This document shows, piece by piece, positions 1-14,340 of a stretch of DNA of 64,000 nt. The translations under genes and the position numbers were made by a program. Under the pieces are notes generated by a model. It saw only the letters and a program-made list of their open reading frames with translations. It made no database searches and was not told where the DNA came from. Origin of the DNA: Octopus vulgaris (lineage: Eukaryota); contig OX597814.1 in assembly GCA_951406725.2 (NCBI GenBank), positions 123,070,001 through 123,134,000 on the forward strand. Reading direction: 5' to 3'. The stretch's first letter is position 1. Each line of letters starts with the position of its first letter.

Positions 1-24
1 CGCAACCGTCTCCTGCCATCTGTT

Positions 25-68
25 GTCGCGCTACAGAACTAGTTCGGGAACTTTTGGATACCTCCTCG
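25..68. mobile_element. Terminal inverted repeat of a Tc1/mariner-type element (end cut by window edge)
   Basis: Reverse complement reads CGAGGAGGTATCCAAAAGTTCCCGAACT, resembling mariner-type TIRs; it abuts a TA-rich microsatellite. The partner TIR is not in the window. Confidence 0.45.
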
Positions 69-87
69 CATATGTATGTATGTATGC

Positions 88-178
<91 letters not shown>

Positions 179-179
179 A

Positions 180-220
<41 letters not shown>

Positions 221-221
221 G

Positions 222-306
<85 letters not shown>
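69..306. repeat. Compound microsatellite (TATG)n/(GATA)n/(GAAA)n
   Basis: Direct reading. Confidence 0.95.
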
Positions 307-1408
<1,102 letters not shown>

Positions 1409-2282
1409 CCTAAACATACGTGCACTGCTTATTGAAACTGAATCTTATTTCGTGATTCGAATGTCACACCATTGCGATCTTCAGACAAAAATTTAACTAC
1501 TTCTCTTCCGCCAATGCACACACATACACACACACACACACACTCACACACACACATACACAAACATACATACATATATACATACATAGAGAAGCACATA
1601 TGTATACATAATTATTTATGTATGTATGTTAGTATGTTTATTTGCAAGCAGGCGCTGTAATCATATTTAATAAGCATTTGTTTACCCTTTCTTTGGAAAA
1701 CAATCTCATTGTAAAGCTGCAGGGCTTCCATTAATTAATTTGAAAGATCAGCTGATTTGTTTCCAGCTTTCATTAAATCTCAATTAGGATTTTCCTTATT
1801 CTTCCTAACGCAACTTAGAAAATATATAGATGGACCACCCATGAACAATCTAAACAAGACCAGGCAAAGCCAGACCTCGTTTTCATAGAGATAAAGCCGC
1901 GTATTTACGAGTAAATTTGTTAATAAATTTACAATCATATGTTTAATAAATCTGAAATTTAATCTCAAACTTGCAATGTTTGTTCCCCTAATTAATTAAT
2001 ATTCGCGGCCAAATCTACAACGCTATGTAATAAATTAGGATTATAAACTCAGATCGTGCAGCAGATATATAATGAGAAGCATTCCATCCGCGACCATCCC
2101 GTTTCTCCTCAAATACAGAGCGTACCAGACTGCATTACCTAATGTGATAGATTCCGAAACAGTAGGGTGTAATTAGTAAAACAATTTGCCTGCTATTTCT
2201 GGCCGCTCCATTGACCACGTAGAGGCTTCTTGATTGGCTTGCCATGCGTCTGGTTATAGCGTGATAGCATTAATGATTGTTG

Positions 2283-2293
2283 TTCTGGTGGTG

Positions 2294-2357
<64 letters not shown>

Positions 2358-2659
2358 AAGCAGCAGCAGCCGCAGCAGCATTAGTAGTAGTAGTAGTAGT
2401 AGTAGTAGTAGGAGGAGGAGGAGGAGGAGGAGGAGGAGGGGCAGCAGCAGCAGCAGCAGCGGTGATGGTGCTACTGGTGGTGCTGGTGGTGGTAGTGGTT
2501 GCTGCAGCTTCTAATATTGTTGCTGCTGTTGTTCTAACTATAGTGAATTGGACGATGGTTATGGTTATGATGAACATGGCCATGATGATGACGATAATGA
2601 TGATGATGGTGATGATGATGATCATCATCATCATGCTCATAATGATGGAAATGATGATG

Positions 2660-2691
<32 letters not shown>

Positions 2692-2720
2692 GATGATGAT
2701 GACGACGACGACGATGATGC
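2283..2720. repeat. Compound trinucleotide microsatellite (GGT/AGT/GCA/GGA/GAT blocks)
   Basis: Direct reading; the source of the poly-V/A/G/M and poly-T/P/H pseudo-ORFs. Confidence 0.9.
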
Positions 2721-3159
2721 TTAATAGAGTTCCTGTGATTAATGGGAAAGATGGGGAGAGAGAGAGGCGCTAAGTGTAAAGATCGAACCTCTACCATATC
2801 ACATAAACTGCCCACCCCCAGCTCCAATCTCACACACACACGCCCAACACCCCCCCGCCAGTACGCCCAACCCGCGCAACTACCCACCCAGTTCCCACAG
2901 TTCTACTCACCTAGCGCGCCTCGCCTCAACCCCGCAGCCAACCCTCACCGGCGTACGAAACTTTTCCTGTTAGTCTAATTACAAATACAATGCTCAGATT
3001 GTTCTGATCGCAATTAACCAAACGATGAACTATCACCAACCGCCCAGCACCTCCTGCTTCCCCATCTATCCCATGAGTGTAGCAAAAACATTCACACGCG
3101 CACGGATAGGCTCATGGTGTATACACATATGCCTGTGTGAATATGCGTACGCGCAAACA

Positions 3160-3161
3160 TT

Positions 3162-3203
<42 letters not shown>

Positions 3204-3218
3204 CACATATATTCATAC

Positions 3219-3263
<45 letters not shown>

Positions 3264-3481
3264 ATATATGAATATATATATATATGTGTGTATATGTATG
3301 TATATATGTATATACATATATATACATATATGTATATATGTATATATGTACATATGTATATGTGTATATGTACGTATATGTGTATATGTGTATATGTGTA
3401 TATGTACGTATATATGTATGTATATATATATCTATATATATATATATATATATATATACATACACATATATTCATACATAA

Positions 3482-3518
<37 letters not shown>

Positions 3519-3674
3519 TCCATATATGAATATATATATATATGTGTGTATATGTATGTATATATGTATATACATATATATACATATATGTATATATGTA
3601 TATATGTACATATGTATATGTGTATATGTACGTATATGTGTATATGTGTATATGTGTATATGTACGTATATATG

Positions 3675-3735
<61 letters not shown>

Positions 3736-3947
3736 ATATATGGAAATTATTTGTATTCGCCTCATGCCTCCTGATTTTATAATTATATATATATATGTGT
3801 GTATGTATGTAGGTATGTATGTATATATGAATGTATGTATGTATATATATATATACGTACATACATAGATTTATATATATTTATTTAAATTTATATATGT
3901 ATGTATGTATGTATGTATATACGTACATACATTTATATATATATATT

Positions 3948-4034
<87 letters not shown>

Positions 4035-4148
4035 GTGTGTAGATATATATGCATTTACACAGATATATGTACATATTATAGTTTATAAATACGCATATAA
4101 TAGTTTCCTACAAGTATACCCACTATAAATACATACATACATACATAC

Positions 4149-4214
<66 letters not shown>

Positions 4215-4512
4215 ACATAAAGCCCTGTCTAAATACGGTGTCTCTGAAACCCTATTTCGCTTCAGTTCATGAAACCTCTGGGGTGATGAGAGAATAACAT
4301 GGACAGTTAACGGAATTAGCCAAGGGAAACAAACAAGCTGATATCACCCCCCAACAACAACGACAACAACAACACAACTACCACCATCGCCACCATCACC
4401 GCCATCTCTAGCTAGATCAGGCCCAAAGCTTATTAATTGAGACAAACTTCGGGTCATATTAATAATTGGAATATTGACAGCAACAACAAAAACAACAAAG
4501 CAGTAACTATTG

Positions 4513-4559
<47 letters not shown>

Positions 4560-4588
4560 CATATATATATATACATATATATATATAC

Positions 4589-4659
<71 letters not shown>

Positions 4660-4910
4660 GATATGTAGATACATAAACATGTACATATATACATACATGT
4701 GTATATCTATATATATATATATATATATATACACATACAAATATACATGTATGTATGTATGCATATATTATGCCTGCGGTCATTCTGTTTTAGTTTCAAC
4801 ACCATATTTACATGTGTGTGTATACACAAACTTATATATATATATATACACCCAAGCACGCGCACAAACGCACTCGGTCCTATATACATTCGTGCATATA
4901 TAAACATATA

Positions 4911-4945
<35 letters not shown>

Positions 4946-5259
4946 CCTTATAGATATGTATATACATAAATATGCTTATAGATATGTATTTATGTATGCA
5001 TACGTTTATACAAACATAATAATATGTGCAAATGTGAATATAATTATCCCAGTGACATGTGATGGAAACGTTAATATTTCCATGTTCACGTATGCTCTCT
5101 CATATGTGTGTGTGAATGATCGCATGTGTGTGTGTGTGTGTGTGAGCATGTGTGTGCGTGCGTTAGATATAAGAGTATATGCATATATGTGTGTGTATGG
5201 TTGTGTGTGTGTGTTTGTGTGAGGGTGCGTATAGACGAGAAAAAGGGTAGGAAGAAAAC

Positions 5260-5298
<39 letters not shown>

Positions 5299-5665
5299 GA
5301 GAAAAAGAGAGATAACTGGTAGAAGTAAAACTGAGAGATTGATATACTGGTGGAAGAGTAATCAACATATATATATATAGATATATATATATATATATAT
5401 ATATATACATGCTTATATGTTGGAGAGACAGATGGAGACTTGTGTTGTCGTCTTTGAATTGTTGTTACTGCTGCTGCGTCTGCTGCTGATGTTGATTCTT
5501 TTGAAGGGAAGCAGGGAATCAGTTGGAAATTGGATTTCAGCAGATCTGGAACAGTGTGTGTTTATCAGTTGAATGAAATACATGTATGTATGTATGTATG
5601 TATGTATGTAAGTAATTTATGTATGCATGTATGTGTGTATGCATGTATGTATGTATGTATGTATG

Positions 5666-5696
<31 letters not shown>

Positions 5697-5773
5697 TTTA
5701 TGTATGCATGTATGTGTGTATGCATAAATGTATGTATGCATGTATGTATGTATGTAATTTATGTATGTATGTA

Positions 5774-5822
<49 letters not shown>

Positions 5823-6850
5823 GTATGCATGTATGTGTGTATGAATGTATATACGTATGCAAGTGTGCATGTATGTATGCATGTATGTATGAAGGCATGC
5901 ATGAATGCCTTTGTGTATGTTGTGTGTTTGTACGGATGTATGTATGTATATAGGTATGTATGTATGTATGTATGTATGTATGTATGTATGTATGTATGTA
6001 TGTATGTACGGAAATACGCATGCGTGTATGCATGCATATATTTATGTACGTGAGTATGCATGCGATGTATGGATGGATGGCTGTACATATGTCCGCATGT
6101 ATATATGTATGCATGTATGCATATGTATGGATGCATATGCATACATACATATGTGTATGCATGCATACATACCTCTATCTGTATGCATATATACATACAT
6201 GTATGTGTATACGAATGTAAGCATCTATGTATATTGTTAGTATGTTTCATATGCATACATGTATACAGCATGGATGGATGGATGGATTGACGGATGAATG
6301 GATGTATACATGCATATATGAATGTATACATGCACGTGTGTGTGTGTGTGTGCGTGTGTAAGAGAGAGACAGACATACAGACAGACAGAGAGCATATTTT
6401 AATACAATGTTTGTGGCCATTGGTGTGTACTGTGCGTTTTCGCTATTTTCCTGTGTATATGTATGTATGCATGTATGTATGTATGTATGTATGTATGTAT
6501 GTATGTATGTATGTATGTATGTATGTATGTATGTATGTATGTATATATGTATGTATATATGTATGCAGGTAGGTAGGTAGGTAGGTGTATGTGTGTGTGT
6601 ATGTGTATATGTGTGTAAAAAAGTATGTAAATGAAAAAGTACTTTGAAGTGGAATAGCATGGTACATATGTATATGTGTATGTGTGTATATATGTGTGTG
6701 TGTATGTGCGTGCGTGGTTGTGTGAATGCGTCCATGTGCGCATGTGTGAATCATGTATAAGTGTGACTCTGTGCGTGTCTGTGTGTATGGTCGATGTGTA
6801 TGTATGTGTATATCTATGTATGAGCGTGTGTATAGCTCGTGCGTGAGAGA
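3160..6850. repeat. Microsatellite field (TA, TG, TATG, GA) with short unique islands
   Basis: Direct reading. Confidence 0.9.
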
Positions 6851-7199
6851 ATAATGTCCTTGCATTAAACCTACAACCACCACCACCACCATCACCGCCA
6901 CCGTCACCACCACTTGCATGGCAATACCACCACCAACACTACCACCACCCTCACCATCACAGCTTCTGCTACAACCCATTATGCCACTTCATCCCCACCA
7001 CTACCACCGCAACAACAACATTATAGCTTTAAAGACTACTACCCTTACTACTGTAACCAACTACTTCATTCGTTTCACCACTGCTGCAACCACCTATACA
7101 AGTGCTGCAGTACTTCCATCTGTACGACGACGACGACCACCACCACCACCACCATCTTCACTTGCACGAGTCGAATGCAGAAAGGTGTTTCTATGCGGT

Positions 7200-7388
7200 T
7201 ACTCGACCTGCAGGATATAGCAGCAGCCAAATTTCCCTCTCGTAATAGTCTACCGTTTTAGAGAAGGACACATTGGACAATGTGCCCGAGGGTTCTTCGC
7301 ACGTAGGAGAAGAACGAAATGGTCATGGCTGGATTGTCTTTCATAGTTCTGCTCCATCAGGGCTGACCTGAGACTAAACAGCAACGAC
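7200..7388 (+). repeat. Unclassified dispersed repeat (family U1)
   Basis: The motif CTAGAAATAGCAGCCAAAT...GGTCAYGGCTGGA recurs at about 9045/9540, 11835..11990, and reversed at 2045..2200, 27790..27925 and 29450..30260. Confidence 0.6.
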
Positions 7389-7551
7389 TTGCGCTATATC
7401 CACATGTACTGCTTTCGCTACTACACTCTCATCACTACCACTACCACTACCACCTCCGCCACCACCATCACCATCACCATCACCACCACGACCATCACCA
7501 CCACCATCACCATCACCATCACCACATCACCACCACAGGTCCACGAATACC

Positions 7552-7750
7552 TATTTCTTTACTACCCACAAGGGGCTAAACACAGAGGGGACAAAGAAGG
7601 ACAGACAAAGGTATTAAGTCGATTACATCGACCCCAGTGCGTAACTGGTACTTTATTTATCGACCCCGAAAGGATGAAAGGTAAAGTCGACCACGGCGGA
7701 ATTCGAACTCAGAACGCAGCGGCGTCCAGCGTGCTAACGATTCTGCCAGC
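7552..7750 (-). mobile_element. SINE family N (Nin/Deu-like central domain, Tx1-like tail)
   Basis: Sense strand has B-box-like GAGTTCGAATTCC and GTCGACTTTACCTTTCATCCTTTCGGGGTCGATAAA, similar to the Nin/DeuSINE central domain; many copies in the window. Confidence 0.85.
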
Positions 7751-7882
7751 ACCACCACCACTCTAAGACGGCAGCGGCACTACAACGCCACCCACACCAT
7801 AACAGGACCCCCACCACCCAAAAAGTATCACTGTCACCACCCCCACGGGTAGAGTAGCTCTTCAACACCTATCCCTATATTA

Positions 7883-8272
7883 GTTTCAATTTGGGGCAAA
7901 AAAACAGCAAGATTGGGAGAGAGGGTAAGTCGATTACATCAGCCCCAATGTTTAACAGCTATTTATTTTACCGACCCCGAAAGGGATGAAAAGCAAAGTC
8001 GACCTCGGCGGAATTTGAACTCAGAATGTAACGGCCGACGAAATACCTATTTCTTTACTACCCACAAGGGGCTAAACACAGAGGAGACAAACAAGGACTG
8101 ACGGATTAAGTCGATTATATCGACCCCAGTGCGTAACTGGTACTTAATTTATCGACCCCGAAAGGATGAAAGGCAAAGTCGACCTCGACAGAATTTGAAC
8201 ACAAAACGTAACGGCAAACGAAGTACGGCTACGCATTTCGCCCGGCATGCTAACGTTTCTGTCAGCTCACCA
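7883..8272 (-). mobile_element. SINE family N, tandem/nested pair
   Basis: Two bodies joined at GACGAAATACC|TATTTCTTTACTACCC (about 8037..8062). Confidence 0.85.
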
Positions 8273-8332
8273 CATTCATCCTTACATATATTAACACACC
8301 AACTATATGACGAAGACAACCACTGCTACCCT

Positions 8333-8520
8333 GGAAGCGCAATTGCCCAGTAGTTAGGGCAGCGGACTCACGGTCGTAAGAACGCGGTTTTGATTCCCAG
8401 ACCGGGCATTGTGAGTGTTTATTGAGCGAAAACACCTAAAGCTCCACGAGACTCCGGCGGGGGTGGGGTGAACCCCGCTGTATACCTTTCACCACAACTT
8501 TCTCTCACTCTTTCTTCCTA
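8333..8520 (+). mobile_element. tRNA-derived SINE family M (5' part)
   Basis: A-box CCCAGTAGTTAGGGC and B-box-like GGTTTTGATTCCC; same body as 59555..59860 and 60462..60771. Confidence 0.75.
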
Positions 8521-9127
8521 CTTCTGCCACAAAGCAGAGGAACCATGGTGTAACCCACTATGGTGTGGTAAACTTTCAGACCTTAGTCTAGATTGCGAAT
8601 GCTCTGTACCCCAGGAAGGTTCAGCTCTCCACCCGTTAAAAGCCACCGTTTACGGAATGAGGATAACAACGTAGCTTTCGCGCCCGTGCAACCGCCAGTC
8701 TATCGCATGTGGTGGGTGGATCTTCAAGTTGCCGCACGCATTCTTAGTAGCTTAGAGTTGGCTCGAATTAGAGATAATTCTTTGTGGCTAATGGCGTGAG
8801 TCCTGCTTGGAAGAAGAAGAAGAAGAAGAAGAAGAAGAAGAAGAAGAAGAAGAAGAAGAAGAAGAAGAAGAAGAAGAAGAAGAAGAAGAAGAAGAAGACC
8901 ACTGCTACCATTACGACATTGATATAACACTTCCACTATCACCATCACCACCACAACCTCTACTACTACTACTACTACCATCACTACTACCACCGCCACC
9001 AAGTATCCATCACACAGGATCTCAACAGAGTCAATCGACATGCAAGAAATAGCAACCAAATCTTTCTCATATCGCGTCCTATCGTCCTAAAACGGAAAGA
9101 ATACATTCGTGTATTTCTGGAAATATA

Positions 9128-9505
9128 ATTCTTTCTATGATAGGCACAAGGCCCGAAGTTTGGGGCAGGAGAAAATTCGATTACTTCGACCCCAATACTC
9201 AACTGGTACTTAATTTATTGACCCCGAAAGGAAGAAAGATAAAGTCGACCTCGGCGGAATTTGAACTCAGAACGTAGCGTCGGGCGAAATACCTATTTCT
9301 TTACAACCCACAAGGGGCTAAACACAGAGGGGGCAAACAAGGACAGACTAACGGATTAAGTCGATTACATCGACCCCAGTGAATAACTGGTACTTATTTA
9401 ATTGACCCCGAAAGGATGAAAGGCAATGTCGACCTCGGCAGAATTTGAACTCAGAACGTAGCGTCGGGCGAAATTTTACTAAGCATTTCGTCCTGCGTGC
9501 TAACC
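9128..9505 (-). mobile_element. SINE family N, tandem/nested pair
   Basis: Same junction, GGCGAAATACC|TATTTCTTTAC, at about 9283..9304; the downstream unit has the alternative tail ...GGCCTTGTGCCTA. Confidence 0.85.
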
Positions 9506-9560
9506 TTTTTCTGGAAATATAAAGCCTTTAAAAACGTAGGACGGTCACGGCTGGAATATA

Positions 9561-9713
9561 CAGTAGCATAGTTAGAGGGAGGGGCGGTCCCTCCCTCTAG
9601 GGCGATGCATTTATAAGGGTGGCACTTATGAATCTGCTACTTTAGCATGTACAGGCTTGAAGGACCTGGGGGAGGCAGCAAACTCAGGGGCATACGCACT
9701 AGTTAGGTCGCTG
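9561..9713. mobile_element. Short hAT-like MITE
   Basis: Imperfect TIRs CAGTAGCATAGTTAG / CTAGTTAGGTCGCTG; flanks GGAATATA and GAAATACA resemble an 8-bp TSD. A related sequence lies at about 29735..29860. Confidence 0.5.
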
Positions 9714-10040
9714 GAAATACAAGCTAAGCACCATTTTTATTAATCCCTCGAGGAATTGATTCATCCGCTCCCTCTCTTCTCGTCCTCCCTCCAGTATTTC
9801 ACTACTTGCTGTTTAACTTTCCTCAAGCGTTTCCATCCAAATCCATCTTGTTTGTGTTTGCTTCAGGCATCAACCTTCAATAGTTGAAGCTGTGCACAAA
9901 CGACATCAATCAACAACATCAATTAGAGAAGATGTCAGCCACCAGGGTCCATGTCACTAGTTTAAAAAAAAAGGAAGATAACGGATTAACCTCGTGGTTT
10001 TGAGGTTATATAATCTTTATATATATATATATATATATAT

Positions 10041-10103
<63 letters not shown>

Positions 10104-10104
10104 T

Positions 10105-10293
10105 AGGGAGAGTTTGCGAAAAAAACAAAAGACGAGGACAGGTGGTGTACAAAACAAACAGATGTATTAGTATAACGCTCAGGAATAGAAAAAGTCTTTT
10201 ACGTTTCGAGCCTACGCTCTTCTACAGAAAGGGATATAAAAAATACAAGGAGAGAAAAAAATGTGTGTAGTGGCTAACGATCTATCATGGCGA

Positions 10294-10295
<2 letters not shown>
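10105..10295 (-). mobile_element. PLE-like terminal fragment with hammerhead-fold motif
   Basis: 10196..10231 on the minus strand: CTTT-CTGTAGA-AGAGC GTAG GCTC-GAAAC-GTA-AAAG; flanked by (GATA)n and (TA)n. Confidence 0.6.
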
Positions 10296-10336
<41 letters not shown>

Positions 10337-10617
10337 AATAATATAAATAATATATAAATATATGCATATATACATACATATATGTACATACCTACATCTA
10401 CATGTATCTATACATGCATATATGGGTACAGGACATCAAAAAAACCTTGAGCACAATGAGAAACGAAAACATAAAAACAGAAACATGGAAACGAACTATT
10501 TTTCAAACAACGAAAAAACAGAGTACAAGACATACAACACAAGGAATATTCCCCTTCTTCTGTTGTCCCTGTTTCATCTACTCCGCGTTTCGAAATATAT
10601 ATATATATTGTTGTGTA

Positions 10618-10664
<47 letters not shown>

Positions 10665-10666
<2 letters not shown>

Positions 10667-10816
10667 TTGTGTGATTAAGAAGCGTGCTTTGCAACCCTAT
10701 GGTTTTCAGTTCAATCCCATTGTACTACGCCTAGAACAACTGTCTTGTACCACAACCCCAGGCCGATCAATGCTTTGTGACTGAATATGGCACACAGAAA
10801 CTATATAAAAACCCGT

Positions 10817-10861
<45 letters not shown>

Positions 10862-11478
10862 ATATGTGTGTGGTTATATGTGTGAAGCTGCGTGGTTTAG
10901 TGGTTAAGATGTTCGGCTTACAGTTGCAAGGTCGTAAGCTCAATTCCCGGCGACGCGTTGTGTCCTTGAGCAAGACTCTCTATTTCACATTGCTCCAGTC
11001 CACTCAGCTGGAAAAAATGAGTTGTACCTATAATTCAAAGGCCCAACCTTGTCACACTCTGTGTCACGCTGGATCTCCCTGAGAACTTCCACGTTTATTC
11101 CACGAAGAAGCTGCCCCGTTGATCGGATCAGTTGAAACCATCGTCGTTGAAACCGTGTATATTTTTGTGTCTGTGTTTGTCCCAACACCCACCCACCGCT
11201 TGACAACTGGTGTTGGTTTGTTTACACTCGCGTGTATATTTTTGTGTATATTTTTGTGCGTGTATATTTTTGTGTCTGTGTTTGTCCCAACACCCACCCA
11301 CCGCTTGACAACTGGTGTTGGTTTGTTTACACTCGCGTAACTTAGCTTAACGGCAATAGACCGATAGCATAAGCACCGAACTTTAAAAAAATTAAGTAGT
11401 GATCAATTTGTTCGACTAACCCGTTCAAGGAGGTGCTCAAAAATGGCCGAAGTCCAATGACTGAAACGAGTAAAAGAT
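10665..11478 (+). mobile_element. CORE-like SINE family C (decayed), interrupted by another tRNA-SINE (about 10885..11110) and containing an internal duplication
   Basis: The head at 10665 and the tail CGCTTGACAAC...GTAACTTAGC...ATGGCCGAAGTCCAATGACTGAAAC match the family C consensus. Confidence 0.7.
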
Positions 11479-11577
11479 GGACTATAAAGAACCTAGAATC
11501 GAAACTGTACTGTCTATTCAGTATTCATGAATCTTCTCAATCTCCTGTTTTTGAAGGGTTTTTAATCACAGTCGGCG

Positions 11578-11817
11578 TTAGAAAGGGTCACGGGGTTAGA
11601 GATTAGATTCCTCCACAAACAAACCAAGGCTACGGCCAAGTTAGGGTCACGGGGTTAGAGATAGATTCCTCCACAAACAAACCAAGGCTACGGCCAAGTT
11701 AGGGTTACGGGGCTAGAGATAGATTCCTCCACAGACAAACCAAGGCTACGGCCAAGTTAGGGTCACGGGCTTAGAGATAGATTTCTCCACAAACAAACCA
11801 GGGCTACGACCAAGTTA
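11578..11817 (+). repeat. Minisatellite, about 58-bp unit x4
   Basis: Unit TTAGGGTCACGGGGTTAGAGATAGATTCCTCCACAAACAAACCAAGGCTACGGCCAAG. Confidence 0.9.
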
Positions 11818-12376
11818 CAAATTACATCCTCCCGCTAGAAATAGCAGCTAAATTTTAATAAGTTACATCCTACAATTTTAAATAAGGAGTGGAGTGCGTT
11901 AGATAATGTAGTCTTTCATATCCGTAAATAGGAATAGATGGTATAGTCGCAGCTGGAGTTTCTTCTGATCATAGGTTTGATCCGAGGCTAAACCGCAGGA
12001 TTAATCTGATGCTAAACGATAACTCACAACCACACAGACACTCATCACAAATACATTGCTATGCATACACGTACTCACACAAGCGTGTACGCACGCATAC
12101 ACATACACACAGACACACATGTACACTCATGCATACATACAGACACACGTGCACACGCACATACATACACAGACACACGTACACATACCTCAGCACATAA
12201 TATGCACACGTACGCAAATACATACACGTGCACACACACTTGCACACATATACACATATGCATACATACTCGTGTGCACACACGTATACAAACACATAAT
12301 ACACACTCACACACACACACGCCCATTGCTATTCTTGTGGTTGCCCATCGTATTCGGCGATAGCCTATTTCTTTAC

Positions 12377-12505
12377 TACTCACAAGGCTTTGGTCGGCCT
12401 GAGGCTATAGTAGAAGACACTTGCCCAGGGTGCCACGCAGTGGGACTGAACCCGAAACCATGTGGTTGGTAATCAAGCTATTTTCCACACAGTCACCCCT
12501 ACGCC
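12377..12505 (-). mobile_element. SINE family C, 5' half
   Basis: tRNA-like head plus CTGCGTGGCACCCTGGGCAAGTGTCTT (CORE-like). Confidence 0.8.
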
Positions 12506-12894
12506 TCGCAAACGTGAGTGGTAATGACAACCAATAACGATAATAACCATCCAAGAGAACCTCTTCAATACATCGATTTCATTTTAAAATTGAGCTTTAA
12601 TTATTTATTTATTTATTGACGATCCAGATGCATCAATAACATCATCGATGTTTTGTCTTCAGTTTCCTCAGGTTCAGTGTACAGTAAGGCTAAAGCCGGC
12701 AGTCTTTCTTGATTCACTGAAGCTCTCAAATATAATAAGATCGATTTCAACTACTGACAACTGAAATGGTGAACATAATTTTAATGGCTGCTCTAACGAT
12801 AATTGAAGAATTCTTCAGTCTTAGAAATATGTGACTTTAGGCGACTTTTTAGAATACTGTTCTATATTTGAGAGATGAGGATTTATGGACATTA

Positions 12895-13183
12895 TTTATA
12901 TTATTTACATTATTTACTTTCGACGGATATTTGTCCTCATCTTGTTTGTTGTTACAACTTTTCAAGTGATATACCCCCCTGCCTTCATCAGGTGACTTGG
13001 GGAAATTTCGAACCTGGGTTCCCATTCCTAAGGTATTTTTCGATGTTAGGAATGAGAACCCAGGTTCGAAATTTCCCCAAGTCACCTGATGAAGGCAGGG
13101 GGGGTGTATATCAGCCGAAATGTTGTGTTAAAAACAAACAAGATGAGGGCAAATATCCGTCAAATGTAAATAATGTAAATAAT
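12895..13183. mobile_element. Fold-back (inverted) pair of PLE-type terminal repeats with hammerhead motif
   Basis: Arms ~12899..13030 and ~13046..13182 are reverse complements with the loop GGTATTTTTCGATG; CTGATGA at 13086..13092 and GAAA at 13117..13120. Confidence 0.85.
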
Positions 13184-13305
13184 TTAAATATTGGACTTTT
13201 TAGAAGTATCTTACAATTCAAGAGGCTTCCATAAAGTTGCATTCTATCTATACAAGTGCTAAAAACTATCTAAGGTTGAAGCAAGATTCCTTTGATATTT
13301 TTTTA

Positions 13306-13643
13306 ATTTCTTTATTGCCCACAAGGGGCTAAACATAGGGGGGACAAACAAGGACAGACAAAGGGTTTAAGTCGATTACATCGACCCCAGTACGTAACTG
13401 GTACTTAATTTATCGACCCCGAAAGGATGAAAGGCAAAGTCAACCTCGGTGGAATTTGAACTCAGAATGTAACGGCAGACGAAATACCTATTTCTTTACT
13501 ACCCTCAAGGAGCTAAACACAGAGAGAACAAACAAGGACAGACAAAGGAATTAAGTCGATTACATCGACCCCAGTGCGTAACTGGTACTTATTTAATCGA
13601 CCCCGAAAGGATGAAAGGCAAAGTCGACCTCAGCGGAATTTGA
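13306..13643 (-). mobile_element. SINE family N, tandem pair
   Basis: Junction GACGAAATACC|TATTTCTTTACTACCC at about 13478..13504. Confidence 0.85.
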
Positions 13644-14340
13644 AAGATTCTTTTAAGATATTTACGTCACGAATGTTGTTGCTTTCATTTGAGTCAACCA
13701 GTAAATCTTCAAACATCAAAAAAAAATTCCAAATTAAGTCTTAAAAACATAAATGTCATTATGGAAGCGATCGATAGTTTCTTTCATTATTTTCACCCTT
13801 TCATTAACTTTACACCCTTGTCTTTTATCGTAGGCCATGTGCTTCTTTTTTCTGCACCATTTTTTACATCAATAACCCGCTTTCTTCACGTAGTTTCATT
13901 CAAGCTTCAGCTGATACACTAACCAATAATACACGACTACTTGAAATTAACGTTAAAGGCCTTCTAATTCCAAATAACATTATGAATGTTCGTGACGTGA
14001 GCTTGGAATTGTTTTCAACACGGACAAGGATTTTATTCCAAAATCCAAACAACACTAATCATTTGAAAATTAAAATCTAATGTATCATCTGTTTTACATA
14101 AGTTCTCGTATCAGAGTTTCATTTTGATTACCAAACTTGCTTTGCAAAAGTTCTTTTGTGATAACATAATCTTCATAAGCGAGTTTCACAAAGGTTGGAT
14201 ATATTTAAATTTCCTCTTAGATTAGTTGCAGGCTAAAATTTAGTCAAACATTATTGAGCTGCAGGGAACAGAATGCTAATTATAGACTAAACTCTAATTC
14301 TACAGGGCACCTAATCCCTTCATACTACAAATGAACTTTT

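Noticed and set aside
2193-2887. Overlapping ORFs with poly-V/A/G/M, poly-T/P and poly-H
   Set aside because: Open frames arise from stop-free trinucleotide repeats in several frames on both strands; no domain or splice support.
3112-6979. Dozens of YI/VC/MYVC/HT-repeat ORFs (also at 26-27, 34, 41-42 and 61 kb)
   Set aside because: Translations of (TA)n, (TG)n and (TATG)n microsatellites.
8520-8810. Sequence ending in (GAA)n, possibly a LINE 3'UTR
   Set aside because: Single copy in the window with no coding motif, so it cannot be classified.
11578-11817. CRISPR-like array
   Set aside because: Units are contiguous with no unique spacers; eukaryotic context; no cas genes.
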